Shown: in pieces, positions 23,721 through 36,470 of the stretch
How the letters are laid out: the number at the start of each line of letters is the position of its first letter
Position numbering within the stretch: the stretch's first letter is position 1
Assembly (NCBI GenBank): GCA_043228905.1
Contig: JBHGNT010000009.1
Span: 12,214,001 to 12,278,000, forward strand
Length of the DNA: 64,000 bases
Origin: Azolla caroliniana
Lineage: Eukaryota > Plantae > Polypodiophyta
Direction of reading: 5' to 3'
Position numbers and translations under genes: made by a program
Notes under the pieces: generated by a model
What the model saw: only the letters and a program-made list of their open reading frames with translations
Told to the model about the DNA's origin: nothing
Database searches by the model: none

Positions 23721-26700
23721 CTTCCGGATTCAGGGACTTGATGTACGTTATCCACCTGACCATTGCCAGGTCTGGCGTCGCGCATCCGGAAACCATGCCA
23801 AGAATTGGCAGGCAGTCCGTCTCGATAATTACCTCTGTCCCGATTAGGTAGTCTCTATCGGCCTTTACCGCCGAAACGATACCCCAGAGCTCGCGTTTAA
23901 CCTGGGCGTATCCTCGTTGTCGCTCGTTGAGGACCTTCGCGCCGAACCGGATCGGGAAACGCGTGTCGTCCTCGCCCTCTTGGTTGATGACCCATCCGAT
24001 CCCGGTCGGACTCGTGTCCACCGTTACATAAATTGGAGTGCTCTGTCCGTAGACAGCCTTTCGGAGCGCCCGAGCTGCGGCAAGTGCTCCCTTCATCTTC
24101 TGGACAGACTCCGTATGCTCGTCTCTCCACTCGAATTTTCGCCCCTTTTTCAACAACCCGTATAACGGCTCCGCGACGTGAGCGTAATGCGGGATCCATA
24201 TGTGGTAGAACGCACACGCTCCCAAGAACCTCCGAACCTCCGTGACTGAGCTACAGTCGTTCTTCATCGCAGAGATGGCTTCTACCTTAGTCGGAGACGG
24301 TTTCTGGCCATACGGCCCGCATAGGTGTCCGACGACCATGATCTCTGATTGCCCGAAGGCCGATTTTCCCCCGGAGAAGGTGAGCCTCGCTCCCTCCAAC
24401 CTCTGCAGCACCTTCTCGCACTCATCGATGTGCATCGCCACAAATTTCCAGCATCCGTCTGGTCCGATCGTCTCGTCCCTTTCCTCCACCGGGCATCCCT
24501 TGATCGGGACGTCGTCCAAAAACGGCATGGTGATGTCCGGGATACAATCCCTCAGCACCTTGTTCATTGCGTTCACCATGTGAGCCACCAAGTTCGTCCC
24601 TCCTTGTGGTAGGGTACACATCCGTACTAGGACGAGAGGAGTTTGCATTGTCGTGATGTCTCTGCTTTCTATGGCTAGCTGGAACTGATCGTACCCCGAG
24701 TAGAGATCACCGACCGAGTAAATCGACCTTCCGATGAAGGCCTCTGCGAACTCGTCTATTGTTGGTCCGATCCCTGCGTTTCGAATAGTCACCTTGTTGA
24801 CCGGCTGCAGGTCTTGAATAAAGCGCAGCGTGCCGTCCTTCTTCGGCACGGTAAACCACCGATTCGACTATGGGGCACTCGACGGTTCGAAGATTCCCAT
24901 CTCGACCTTCTGCTTTAACAGCTCCATCAGCTTCGGGATGTGAGCTCTAGGTACTGGAATCGGTTTGAGACTCCACGGCACATGCGGTACCGTGAATATC
25001 ACCATCGGTTCCACGACTGTCGGGTCTACGCACCCGATCTCCTCCGGTGAGAATGCGAAAGCCTTCCCGTGTCTTCCAAGCATTCCCCGAAAACGGTCCT
25101 CTTCCGCCTACAGTAGGAAGCCGCCCCCACCGATTTTGAGCTCGCGCAACATTATGTCAGTGAACGTGTGTCCTATGCGGCCGGATTTCGTAAACTCGGT
25201 TCCGACGCAACCCCCTTTATTCACAACCCGCTGCCCTCCGGCAAGGGAGCCGCGACTGGCTTCACCTTCCGGTCCACAATCTTGTACCTCGTGTCCACCC
25301 GGGCCGTCCGATCCGACTCGAGCCCTCTACTGAAGTCCGCGATGACTTCGTACATCTTTTCCGAACATACCGGAATCGTCCGGTCCTCTTGAAGGACTCC
25401 TCTGACAACCTTCCGCAGCTCCCCCAAGGTATCGTCGAAAGAGACCGCTTCCACGGCTCCGTTGATTTCCTCTCCGAGGTCGAGGACGCCACATGCCCGA
25501 AGTCGCTCCTCCGCCCTTCTCTTCTTTCGGCCAACAATGTCGACTATCGTACACCCTCCATTGTCGGAGAACCAAAATTTCCTACTTATAGCATAGGTCT
25601 TCCTCGCTATCATACACTTGCGGACGGTCTCCGTGTGACGAGCCGCCGCCTCCTCCATCAGCCTTTTTCATACCCCCTCGCCCGACGTTCAGGTTCAGGG
25701 CCCTTCGGGTCTCGCTGGCGTGCACCCGACCGTTCCACAGGTACACCACGTTGCTTCTCATCGCCTCGGCGAAGTCCCCGCAATCCTTCCTGATGTGCCC
25801 AACCACGTCACACCACATGCACCTGTTTTCAGCCAGAGGTCGTCGGTCACGGGCCTGTTCGCCACCATCCCTCCGTGCTTGGGCGATCTGGAGATCCTTT
25901 ACCATCCGCGTCATCTCCTCCAGAGTTGCTCCCCCAGACTAGCCCTTGACCATGCCGGTTGAAGCCGACCCGGTCTCGAGCCAATCTCGGGTCTCTTCCC
26001 TTCGCGTTGGTGGTGTTGGTTCGAGCTTCTTTGCTGCAACAGAGCCCGCCCCTGTCGATCCTTTGTCAACCCATTCCTGCCGTTTGTCGAAACGGCCACA
26101 GACCCTCTTCACCACGGCCCAGTCAGCCATTAGCCCGTCATCAGTCTCCAATAGGAGACCTACCTGCTCCCGATCCCGCTCGTCAACCGACTTAACAAAC
26201 AATAGGACACGACTTGTGTCCAGAACGGTCTAGTCAAGCACTGAGAGGCGCATGAAGCGTTCCTCAAACTCCCGAAGGACCACTGTTGCGTTCCTTCCTT
26301 TGTCGGGGGTCTCCACCCATTCCATGAAGTCCCGCTTCGAAAGTTGAAGCGCATCTTCAAGCCCGTATCTTTCGAGGAGCCGACCTTCGAACTCCTCCCA
26401 GGTCCGGCTCTCGGCCCGTACCTCGAGCACCTCCGTATGGATACCCGGCATCACCACTCGAGGGAATCCGGCTAGACGCCTCTCTTCCGGAATGTCCCTC
26501 ATTACCATCTCAGCCCGGTAGGACGCCAAGTAGCTCGTGGCATCCTTCCCACTAAACCAACCGATCGTACCGACAACCGCCTCGATAGCCCTATCAAGGG
26601 CGCCGGTGCCTTCGCGCGCACTCACTATACGGTCTACAGCCGAAGCCATGGCTTCTGCAAGGTCCGACCCCCTCATCTTCTACTCCTCTGCTGCCTGTTC

Positions 26701-27406
26701 ACGTCTGGTTCACCAAATATGTCGCGTTGTTACGCGCGTGTGTGGGGAACAAGGCGGGACCACTGGGGTCTTGGACCAAGGAATAGGTGGGGAAAAGAGA
26801 GAGAGGGAGAGAGAGACACGCTCACACACAGATAGACAAAGAAGCGCGCGGGAATGCAGCCCAATCAACACAAGAGACACAAGTTGCGCAGGAGATAGAG
26901 TATAAGAACGCGTATATAAATATATGTATGCAGATGACTCGAACGGTTACAGCCGAACAGGTCGGCGAGACGGGTGTCGATGCCTGATCACCCACGCACA
27001 CAGGGGAGCAAGATGGAGATTCTGCTGGAAGCACACGGGCATTCCACGAAGCAGAATCAGCCTCTCGAGAACCTGCGCAAAGAAAGCTTATGGAGAATGA
27101 CAGAGGAGAGGAGCTCGGTCCCAGTCCGACAGCACTTCGTCCCCTTTAGCGCGCGATGTCTTCTCGCCCCCGTCTCCCTCTCTTTTATAGCTCAAGGAGG
27201 GAGGCCGTCTTGCCCGTTTACATCACATTAATTCTCTGTCCTTTCGGACAGAGATACTCCTCGATTCTCCCTATAGAATATTGCTACCTAGGATCTAACC
27301 CTTGCGCCTACCTATCTACTTTACGACAAGGGACGTGCCCACGTGTAAGGGCCGGTTCACACACATTATACACGGTTTGCGCCTGGGGACGGTTTTCTTC
27401 ACGACA
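23721..27406 (-). mobile_element. Truncated tRNA-Trp-primed Gypsy 'E': 5' LTR 26720-27406, PBS 26698-26715, gag, RT, RNase H
   Basis: gag from 26676 with CMWCDVVGHIRKDC. RT/RH ORF 23659-24849 (LRFIQDLQPVN, LPQGGTN, FLDD, VDTSPTGIG). No protease motif was seen. Confidence 0.9.
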
Positions 27407-29362
27407 ACGGATTGTCTCCCAATCCTTGGGATGATCTCAGGATGTGCGACACCAGATCTGGCTAAGCTAAGGTGGATCGCCTATATCTAGTCTTTGAATC
27501 CAAAGATCCGCCACATTGTAGGAAAGAACAACGCCATGGATGACATGCTCTAAGAGCATGATTCGAGAATAAAAGGGACATGGTTTCAAAAGATGAAGAT
27601 GTCACCCTCGACTTCTTCAAGACGGCCCGATTGTCGGCGGAAGACAAGGACACACCAAACCTCCCTGCCTTCAATGAGAACGAGTATGAAGGAGAGTAGT
27701 TATTGATCACTAGGTTCTTGAGAACAATGACGATGGATGCTTCGTGGATGAAGGAGGAGGCTCTATGAATCTGGCAGAAAGCTTACCAATACTTTCTGAA
27801 GGGAAGATTCCTCTAGTGACACCCAAAGAGAAGGACAGGAATGTCATGGTGAAGAGAGAGGACCAAGCGATGCTGATGTCTGAATTCCACGAAAGTCCTT
27901 GGGCAGGTCATAGAGGAACATGGGCGACGTTCGAAAAGCTAAAGGAGAAGTACTGGTGGCTGAGAATGTACAAAGATGTACTTCATTTCGTGTGCACATG
28001 CAAAAACTGCCAAGTACATTCGAACATACATCATCGTGATGAGTTACGACCAACATACCCACTCACCATACACTTCAAATGGATGGTGGATCTGGTCTCG
28101 ATGCCAATGGGAGTGGGAAAGATGAAGTACTTGGTACTGGGAAGGGAAGACTTGACAAATCAAGTAGAAGGATGAGCCTTGGCAAATAAAACGACGTCGG
28201 TCGTTTGTGAATTTCTGCTCAAAGAGGTCGTCTGTCGATATGGATGTGTGGGAAAGATAATGGTTGACCGAGGGGAGTTGGATGCACACGAAGCAATGGA
28301 GCTCTTCGAGTGACTAGGTGTGAAGCTCTCCCTCACGACTTCCTACGATCCGGAAGCAAATGGGAAGATCCAGCGAGGGCATGGACCAATAGTCAAAGTC
28401 ATCGTACAAGCATGCGATAGTCTAGTCGGGAACTCACCGCTAGTATTGCCCTATGCCTTGTGGGCCGACAAAACTACACATAGTTCTATGTCAGGGTATA
28501 TGCTAGTAGAGCTTATGTATGGATAGAAGCCAATAATGCCCATTGAAAGGACGATCGCCTTATGGGTAGCGATACCATGGGAGAACGAGATGAGCCGAGA
28601 AGAATTATTGGTAGCGTAGATAAGGCAGCTTGAAAGAAGCCCCGAAGATCTAGAAAATACGCAAAAGATAATGGATGCAGCCCGAGTGAAGAACAAGATT
28701 CGGTTCGACAAGACACATCGATTGCATCCCAAGAAGATTGAAGAAAGAAATTGGGGATTGGTCTACGACAATAGCCTTGACAACCAACACAAGATAGCAA
28801 GAAATTTCCCAAGAAGGTGGTTCGGACCATAGGTGGTGACGACTGCCAACGACAATGCCACCTACCACCTCGCGGAGCCACACGGATCAAGGTTGGCCAT
28901 ACCCATTGCGGGGAAAAGAGTAAAGATCTTCAAGAAAAGACAAGATAAGGGTCCTGCCCTCGAGATGCTCAACAATTAAGATGGTAGGGCACAACCCGCA
29001 AACATGAGGGAGGTCAATGAGGACGTGGACAAAACGGATTGATCACCATAGTCGAAATCTCACAATCTCTTCTTGGTACGTATCGGAGGACGTGCGGTTT
29101 GGTGGGGGTGGATGTCGTGAAGATTTTCAGCAACTGTGTGAAAATCACGTGGAAAGGAGAAAACCAAGAAGGTGCAATGTGCACATGCATGAAAAGGGTG
29201 ATGGTTACACTTGTAAATTAGCACATTAATGTGCAAATGGGTTTTGAACCTTACACCCCCAAGATGAGAGACAATTAACATACCATTAGGCTAATAGGCT
29301 AAGATGTTTCTTTGAAGTTTATTTTCATCATTGTACTTTTCACATGTAAATTCTCATACGTG
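27407..29362 (+). pseudogene. RNase H-integrase remnant, PPT and start of the 3' LTR of element F
   Basis: TDCLPILGMISGC, HESPWAGH...CKNC, WMVDLV, YDPEANG and RWFGP motifs, then GGTGGGGGTGGA and TGTCGTGAAGA at 29113. Confidence 0.88.
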
Positions 29363-29713
29363 TGTTACCCGTAAGAATATACAGGGAAGCATAAGGGTAT
29401 GTGTAATGATGTGGTTGATGTGTATGTGTAAAGTAAATGAGTGTGTGAGGATGAGTATGTGTATGGACACATGCACAATTATGTGCTTGTATAAGAATGT
29501 GTAACGGTCTTATTTATAATAGTCATGTAATCGTTACATTGGATGTATAATATAAACCCCCTATGGGGTATGTAATGAATAACTTTTTCCCTCTTATTTT
29601 GGTGTCATTCTTATTTTCACTCTGTCCTTCTGTCTCTCTATCATAACCCCCTTGGGAGGGGGGTGAAGCCATTCTAGGCTTCACCCCCCACCCCGACAAC
29701 ACTTTTGGCACGC
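29363..29713 (+). mobile_element. LTR 'G' (29363-29701) with Tat-type PBS start TGGCACGC (29706-29713); no coding region recognised
   Basis: TGTTA...CAACA termini and TATAAA at ~29551. It interrupts the LTR of F. Confidence 0.7.
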
Positions 29714-31203
29714 TTGAAAGGCCGACCCTCCTTTGAGAGGAAGTCTATTCCTCACTTTCCCTCTCCATCCCTCTCCATGAGTAATCTTTCTCTCGCTCTC
29801 GGTGTCTTTGTATATCTCTCTCTGTTATTGGTTGTGCTTGGACTCTTTGTGTGATCTTAATATTGTTTCATCGACTCCCATAGCCATAGTAGCCCTTTGC
29901 CTCTCTGATTATCTGGCGGTCTACCCTCAGTTTTTCTTCTTCATCTTTTCCATCTCCTTTCTTTCAGAGCCTCCATAGCCTGTGATCATCAAGCTTGCCT
30001 TTAGTTCCTCTCTCACTGGCTCTCCGTATTATTGTTTTCTAGGCCCCAATCATCGAGAATTTGTTCTGTTCTTCTTACCTATTTTCATTGTTTCTCCTCC
30101 TTCCTTGTCTGAGAGTGCAACGTTTTCATTCTGCTAGTATATTCTCCATATCTGTCTCGACGATGTTTTCTGCACCATATTTATCTACATAAGGGATAAT
30201 GTTATCAGTTCAATAGGACTTCATCATTTCTTCTTATTGTATCTATTCACATCGTTTCCTGAACCCTATTTGTCTACTTCAGGAGACAGTCCGTCCCCTT
30301 GCTAAGGGGAAGCTATAGTGTTTGCTTCTACAGACAGGACGAACTGTGCAGTATCCTACGAAAGATGGGTGCCCATCCCACTCTGATGTCAATTCCCTCT
30401 GCCATAAGTTCTGTCGTTCTTGCTATATTTTCATCAAAGGAAATCATGTAGAAATTTATATTGCATTCGAACATTTAAAAGAAGTGAATATGTGTAAGTG
30501 TGGGAAAGGAGGCATCCTAAGAATACTTGCAGTGAACGAGAATGACATGATCTGTGAATTTCAACAGAGGAAGGAGGCACGAAGTTGCAAAGGTTTGTCA
30601 AATTGGATGAGCCTCCAGATAGAGACAGCGGTGGTACGGTGGATGGCAAATGGCGTTGTTCGATAGCCGTTGGACATGCAAACCGAACAGTGGGATTGGG
30701 ACAACGACTGTTGGTGGACAGATGGTCCTACAGTTGGCGGCATAACAGAAACGATCAACGGCCGGAGCACCACATGTGGCCAGAAAGACACAGCCGAATA
30801 GAGAGACGACCAGTCGGACAACCATCCAAATAGGGTCGGCCGCTAAACAGTAGGGGCCGAATCGACATCTGATAACCAATCGGACAGGTGGATGCCGACA
30901 AGGAGAAGGTCTACCGGACATAAGGTCCGACGGCCGGCAGCCATTGACGACGAGCTGGACAGGAGGAGAGGAGATTGAAGAGGAAGCTTCATCAGACGCA
31001 GAGAAACACAGAAAACAGTTAAAGACATACTCTACGCTAAGAGAAGAGAAAAGGAGGAGGAAGAAACAAGAACAGAAAGAAAGAAGAAAGGAAGAAGAAG
31101 AAGGAAGAAAGAGAGCCCAGGGCTTTGCCCCTATATCATTCTGTTTGTGTCGTATCTCCATGCTCTAAACATCACACGGACATGCTTATCTCCTGAGAGG
31201 ACG

Positions 31204-31427
31204 GCCGAGACGCGCAGTCGAGAGTATGAGAGTATGGTCGGGACCCGCGGCCAAGAGTATAGCCAAGACGAGACACGTGGCCGAGAGTATGGCCAAGATG
31301 AGACGCGTGGCCGGGAGTACGGCCAGGTGATGGCCGAGATGCGCGGCCAAGAGCATAGCCGAGACGCGCGGCCGAGAAGATGGCCAGGACGTGCGGCCAA
31401 GAGCACAGTCGAGAGTATGGCCAAAAC
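31204..31427. repeat. GC-rich minisatellite, 24-30-bp unit (GAGACGCGTGGCCGAGAGTATGGCC-like)
   Basis: Read directly; one frame translates as ETRGREYGQD repeats. Confidence 0.8.
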
Positions 31428-31779
31428 GGCCACCCAAGAGAGACGGCGACGACGACGGTCGACAGATGGCCAACGGACAGGCACGACCGACGGCCGAGGA
31501 ACTGAAACGACTTAGACAGACATAGACACAGACCAAGATAGAGTAGAGACAGAGCTCCACCAAGCTCTTGCCATGGCTAAAGAAGGAGAAACGGATGAAG
31601 GCGAAGAAGAAACGGAAGAAAGGAAGGAGAAAAACGCAAGAAGAAGACAGAGACAGAGAAGAAAACAGAAAGGAAGAAGAGAAAGAAGTAGAAGAAGACA
31701 AAGCAAAGAAAAGCGAAGAATAAGAAGAAAGTGACGACCAGGAAGTAAGAAAATCAGTTAAGAAAAGGAAAGAGGAGAA

Positions 31780-31948
31780 GGGCAATCTGAGTAATTTCAA
31801 TAATTGGAGGGCATCAAAACCGAATTTTGGAAGTTCGAAGGCAGATGACGGAATTTCAAAAGCTCGAGGGCATTAGACCAAATTTCAAAAACTGGAGGGT
31901 TGAAGAGAAAATTTCGAAAATTGAAGGGCATAAAATAATTTATTTTTC
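31780..31948. repeat. ~30-bp subrepeats resembling a Mutator-like terminal inverted repeat
   Basis: AATTTC(A/G)AA...GAGGGC units recur about 5 times and end in GGGCATAAAATAATTTATTTTTC. No partner TIR was found. Confidence 0.4.
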
Positions 31949-32154
31949 TTTTAATAAAAAAGAAAAACTTAAGGGAAATTTTTTTAAGACCAAAGGGTAA
32001 AAAATATAAAACTCACTTCACATGATGAAAGAAAGAATACACAAATGCACAACACGCTTTCATGACCCATGCCAAAATGAACTAGCCGATTGGTGTATGA
32101 TCCAAGCGTGACTTGTGCTGACCGAACGAGAAGGTTCGAGTCAAGCAAAGCTCC

Positions 32155-35100
32155 TGTTGAGAGACAAGCTCAACATCGGCCGGATCGGTTGGGACCAATC
32201 GGTTAGGCCGAGTGCGTAAACCGGGAGGTCATTAGGAAAGATATTCCGTGAGGAATATATTTGGGAGTTAGTGTAGGATCTCTTGATGAGCTTTGAAGTA
32301 CTGTCAGTACTTCGGTCAGTCCTTCTAGGACTTGTATAAAAGTGTTCACTGAGCACGTCTTATGTACAGATAGGAGTATTATTGTTGAATATATTTTTTT
32401 GTCTTCTCTCACTCTCTCTGTCTCTCCTGCGTATACCGTGTAAGCTCAAGCTCTCCATTGAACCTGAGTTTCCTTCCTTCTGTTCGGTCTTCATACCTGC
32501 TTCCGCACGCTACTTTCTTCATGGTATCAGAGCGCGAGGGTTGAGAACCTCTCTGCAGCCGACACAGCTTGACGAAGAAGAACGAGAAGAACGATGGATA
32601 GAGGCATGGCGAGCTCGCTTCCAACAGAGAATCTCGATAGAACCAACTACGCGTCTTGGTCCTACAAGATGCACCAGTACCTGCTCGGGCACGGCTACTG
32701 GAGTTATGTCGAAGGAGCTAATGACGCGGCACCCGAATTGACACACAGAGACTTCCCATTGTGGGAGCAATCGGCGAGCAGGGTATTGTACTGCTTCGCG
32801 TCGTGTGTGGGCGAACAACTATTGAGCTATGTTTGGGATGCAAAGACGTCGAAGGGTGCGTGGGAAAATTTGAAGAAGATTTTCGCCGCGAGCACCACAA
32901 CCAGGAAGCTTCAGCTCCAACAGGAGTTGAGCAACCTATGACAACGCGACTTGTCGGTGGCGGACTATACCTCGAAGATCAAGGATATCTACGACTCCCT
33001 CGCCTCCATAGAGGTGAACATTGAGGAGAGCGAGACGTTCTAGATCTGTCTCGGAGGTTTGGCGTCGAAGTTCGGAGCGTTCCGAACGGCTATGTGTACC
33101 CGGGAGAATACGTCGTCCTTCGTTGACTTACAGTCAATGCTCCTGGTAGAGGAGAACCACGCGGGTGCGTCTACAAGCACGCACATTGACAGCAGAATGT
33201 TGTACATGGAGGGAGATAGGCCCCGTGGATGTGGAGGACGAGGCGAGTCGGCGCGCAATGGAGGCAGCTGACGAGATCAGGGAAGAAGGCACCGAAGTGA
33301 TGCCGACAGCAACTCCGAACCCTTTGGAAACAGGGGGAGTCGAAGCGATGAGAACTGGCAAGGGAAGTCCATCGCGGAGTGCTGGTACTGTGGCAAGAAA
33401 GGCCACAGGGAAAGTGAGTGCTGGAAGAAGTGCACCGATTCGGAGAGAACTGGTTCTGGGAACGGCTCCAGACATACCGACAAGGGAAATCGGCAGCGAT
33501 CGCACTACGCCGAAGACTCCGGGAGAGCCGGAGAAGGGACTGCCTTCGTGACGAGACACGAAGCAAACTCAATGAAACAGACCACCCGGAGATCGGACGA
33601 GGTGTGGTACGTAGACTCCGTCACGTCAAACCACATGACGAGCCATAAGGAGTGGTTCTCGTACCTAGAAAAACCGATACAACCTGGAGTAGTCGCAACT
33701 GGAGATAACACTCCGCATCCGATCGCGAATGTCAGAGAAGTTCCCCTTAGCCATGTTGGACAGAAAGGGAAACTCATGAACGTGTTGCACGTCCCGACAA
33801 TCACGAAAAACTTGGTCTTGGTTGAACAGATCGTCGACCAAGGGATGGAGGTTCGGTTTACACACCTCGGGTGCTTCATTGAGGAAGAAGGCCATGTGAT
33901 TGCGCAAGGGCGCAGAGACGGGAGGATGTTCATCCTCGACTCCACTGACGGCGGCACCGCAATGTTCGCGAAGGGACAAAAGACCGAGTCGGACATCGAC
34001 TTGTGGCACAAGCGGATAGGCCACGTCAACCACCAACGACTTCAAGATCTGCAATCGAAACAGGTAGTATTCGGATTGCCCAAATTTAGTGGCCGAAAGG
34101 CACAAATTTGTGAAGCCTGCCAGCTCGGGAAGCAACACCGACTTCCCTTCCCAAACGAGCGAAACCGGAGCCGGAATAAGCTCGACCTTATACACTCCGA
34201 TGTATGGGGGCCGGCACAAAACGTTAGTCTTGGCGGGAGCCGATATTTCATCTCCTTCATCAACGACCACACGCGGCACACGTGGATCTACCTCATTGAG
34301 TGGAAGAGCGAAGTCTTCGACTGTTTCCGGGACCTCAAAGGGTTCGTTGAAACGGAAACGAGACGAAAGATCAAGTGCCTGCGGTTGGATGGCGGGAAAG
34401 AGTACTTTTACGGTCAATTCAACGGTTACCTACAACAAATCGGAATTCGCCGCGAATTCAGTTGTAGATACACGCCGGTGCAGAATGACGTGGCCGAGAG
34501 AAAGAATCGGTCAGTTGTGGAAGCGGCATGGGCAATGCTGGAGGAGAAGAGCTTGCCCAAGTTCTACTGGGTCGAGGCGGTAAGGACCGCGGTATACATC
34601 CAGAACCGGATCGGAGACAAAGTGTCGGCGCACTAGTTATATTTCGGAACGAAGCCGAACTTGCGACACTTGAGGGTGTTCGGTAGCATTGCGTATGTGC
34701 ATATACCGAAGGAGAAAAGGAGGAAGTTGGACGCAAAGGCCAAGAAAGGCATCTTGGTCGGTTACTCGGATGAGCAGAAGGGTTATAAGTGCTATAACCC
34801 TCGCACCAAACAAACGCGTGTCAACCGCGACGTTGTGTTTGACGAGTCCGCGTCCTGGTACCAGCCCCCGACTCGGAACCCCGACTCCAATACGAGCTCT
34901 GACAATGAGGTCAGCGAGGCCGAGATGCCTTCGGATGAGCCCGAAATCGAGACCCTCGACGTTCCTCTGGTTAAGTGGACCAATTGGACGACTGAGTCGG
35001 TACGACCAGTCTGATGAAGAGCCGACGAGTAGTGAAGACTCGGCCGTGCATTCCCCGCGCAGGAAGCCGAGGAGACGGCTTACGCGCAAAGAGAAAGGGA

Positions 35101-36470
35101 AGAAGAAGGTGTCGGATTCCGGCACGGATAGGAACGAGTCTGACCGACGCAAGTCTGACTCCGAGGGAACTGGTGACGGGTCTTTAAAGGTGAAGACCGC
35201 GTCGACCGAGAAGGCCTCGACATCGGCTAATGTGAGATTACGCCGATCTACCCGCCAGAAGAATCCTGTTTTGCGGTTCGGATACAACGAGTACATGGCG
35301 CACCATTATGCGTACATGACCCATGTAGCGGAAGTGCGTGAGCCGGAGAGCTACGCAGAAGCGGCTAAAAACGCGAATTGGTGTGCCGCGATGGAGGAAG
35401 AGATGCACGCATTGGCGGAGAACGAGACCTGGAACCTGGTTGACGCACCAACAAGGGTAAAACCGATCGGGTGTAGGTGGGTGTACAAGGTCAAGTACAA
35501 CACCGATGGCTCCGTTAACCGGTACAAGGCTCGGCTAGTGGCAAAGGGCTACGCGTAGAAACACGGCATCGACTACGATGAGACGTTTGCGCCGGTCGCG
35601 AAAATGACGACAATCCGTGTTTTGCTCGCAGTAGCTGCAGCGAAGGGGTGGCACTTACATCAGATGGATGTAAAGAATGCGTTTCGGCAAGGTGACCTTG
35701 AGGAATAGGTGTACATGGTACAACCCCCCGGATTTCACTCCGGAACGAACTCCTCGGCAGTATGCCGACTGAAGAAATCCCTTTACGGACTGAAGCAAGC
35801 CCCGCGTGCCTGGAACGCGAAGATCACGCAACAACTGCGTCGGATGGGCTTCGTCACGTCAAAATCGGACTCTTCCCTGTTCATCCGGAAAGGTCGATTC
35901 GGGCCAGTTAGTATTTTACTATATGTTGATGACTTGGTCATCACCGGCGTCGACCTAGGGGAAATCAACCACGTGAAGCTCCAGCTTGCGGCATCGTTCG
36001 ACATGAAGGATCTGGGGGACCTTCATTACTTCCTCCGGATCGAAGTGATTCGTACCACCGAAGGCATATTGATCAGCCAACATCATTACGTGCTGAGTAT
36101 GCTCTTCAAGCTCGGGATGGCCGACTGTAAGTCCGTCTCGACTCCTCTGGACAGAACCGTCAAGCTTCGTCCCGATACGGGAAAGGTATGCGACCCGACG
36201 AGGTTCCGACAAATTGTCGGAAGCCTCATATACTTGACCATCACCCGACCCGACCTCAGTTATCCGGTCGGGGTGATCAGTCAGTTCATGGCGCGACCTA
36301 CCGAGGAGCACCTTCAGTGTGCGCAACGCATACTTCGGTACGTAAGCGGCACTAAGGACTGCGGACTGCTATATCGGACCGGTGCAGCCGCACAGTTAGT
36401 TGGCTACACCGATGCTGATTGGGCTGGCAATGCCGCCGATCGCCGATCCACGTCTGGATACGCGTTCTCT
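32155..36470 (+). mobile_element. Ty1/Copia 'C' (same family as D and K): LTR 32155-32521, iMet PBS, decayed gag-PR-INT-RT, cut in RNase H
   Basis: TGGTATCAGAGC at 32522. ORF pieces 33548-34636, 34689-35558 and 35709-36482 (YVDD, DADWAG). Confidence 0.93.
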
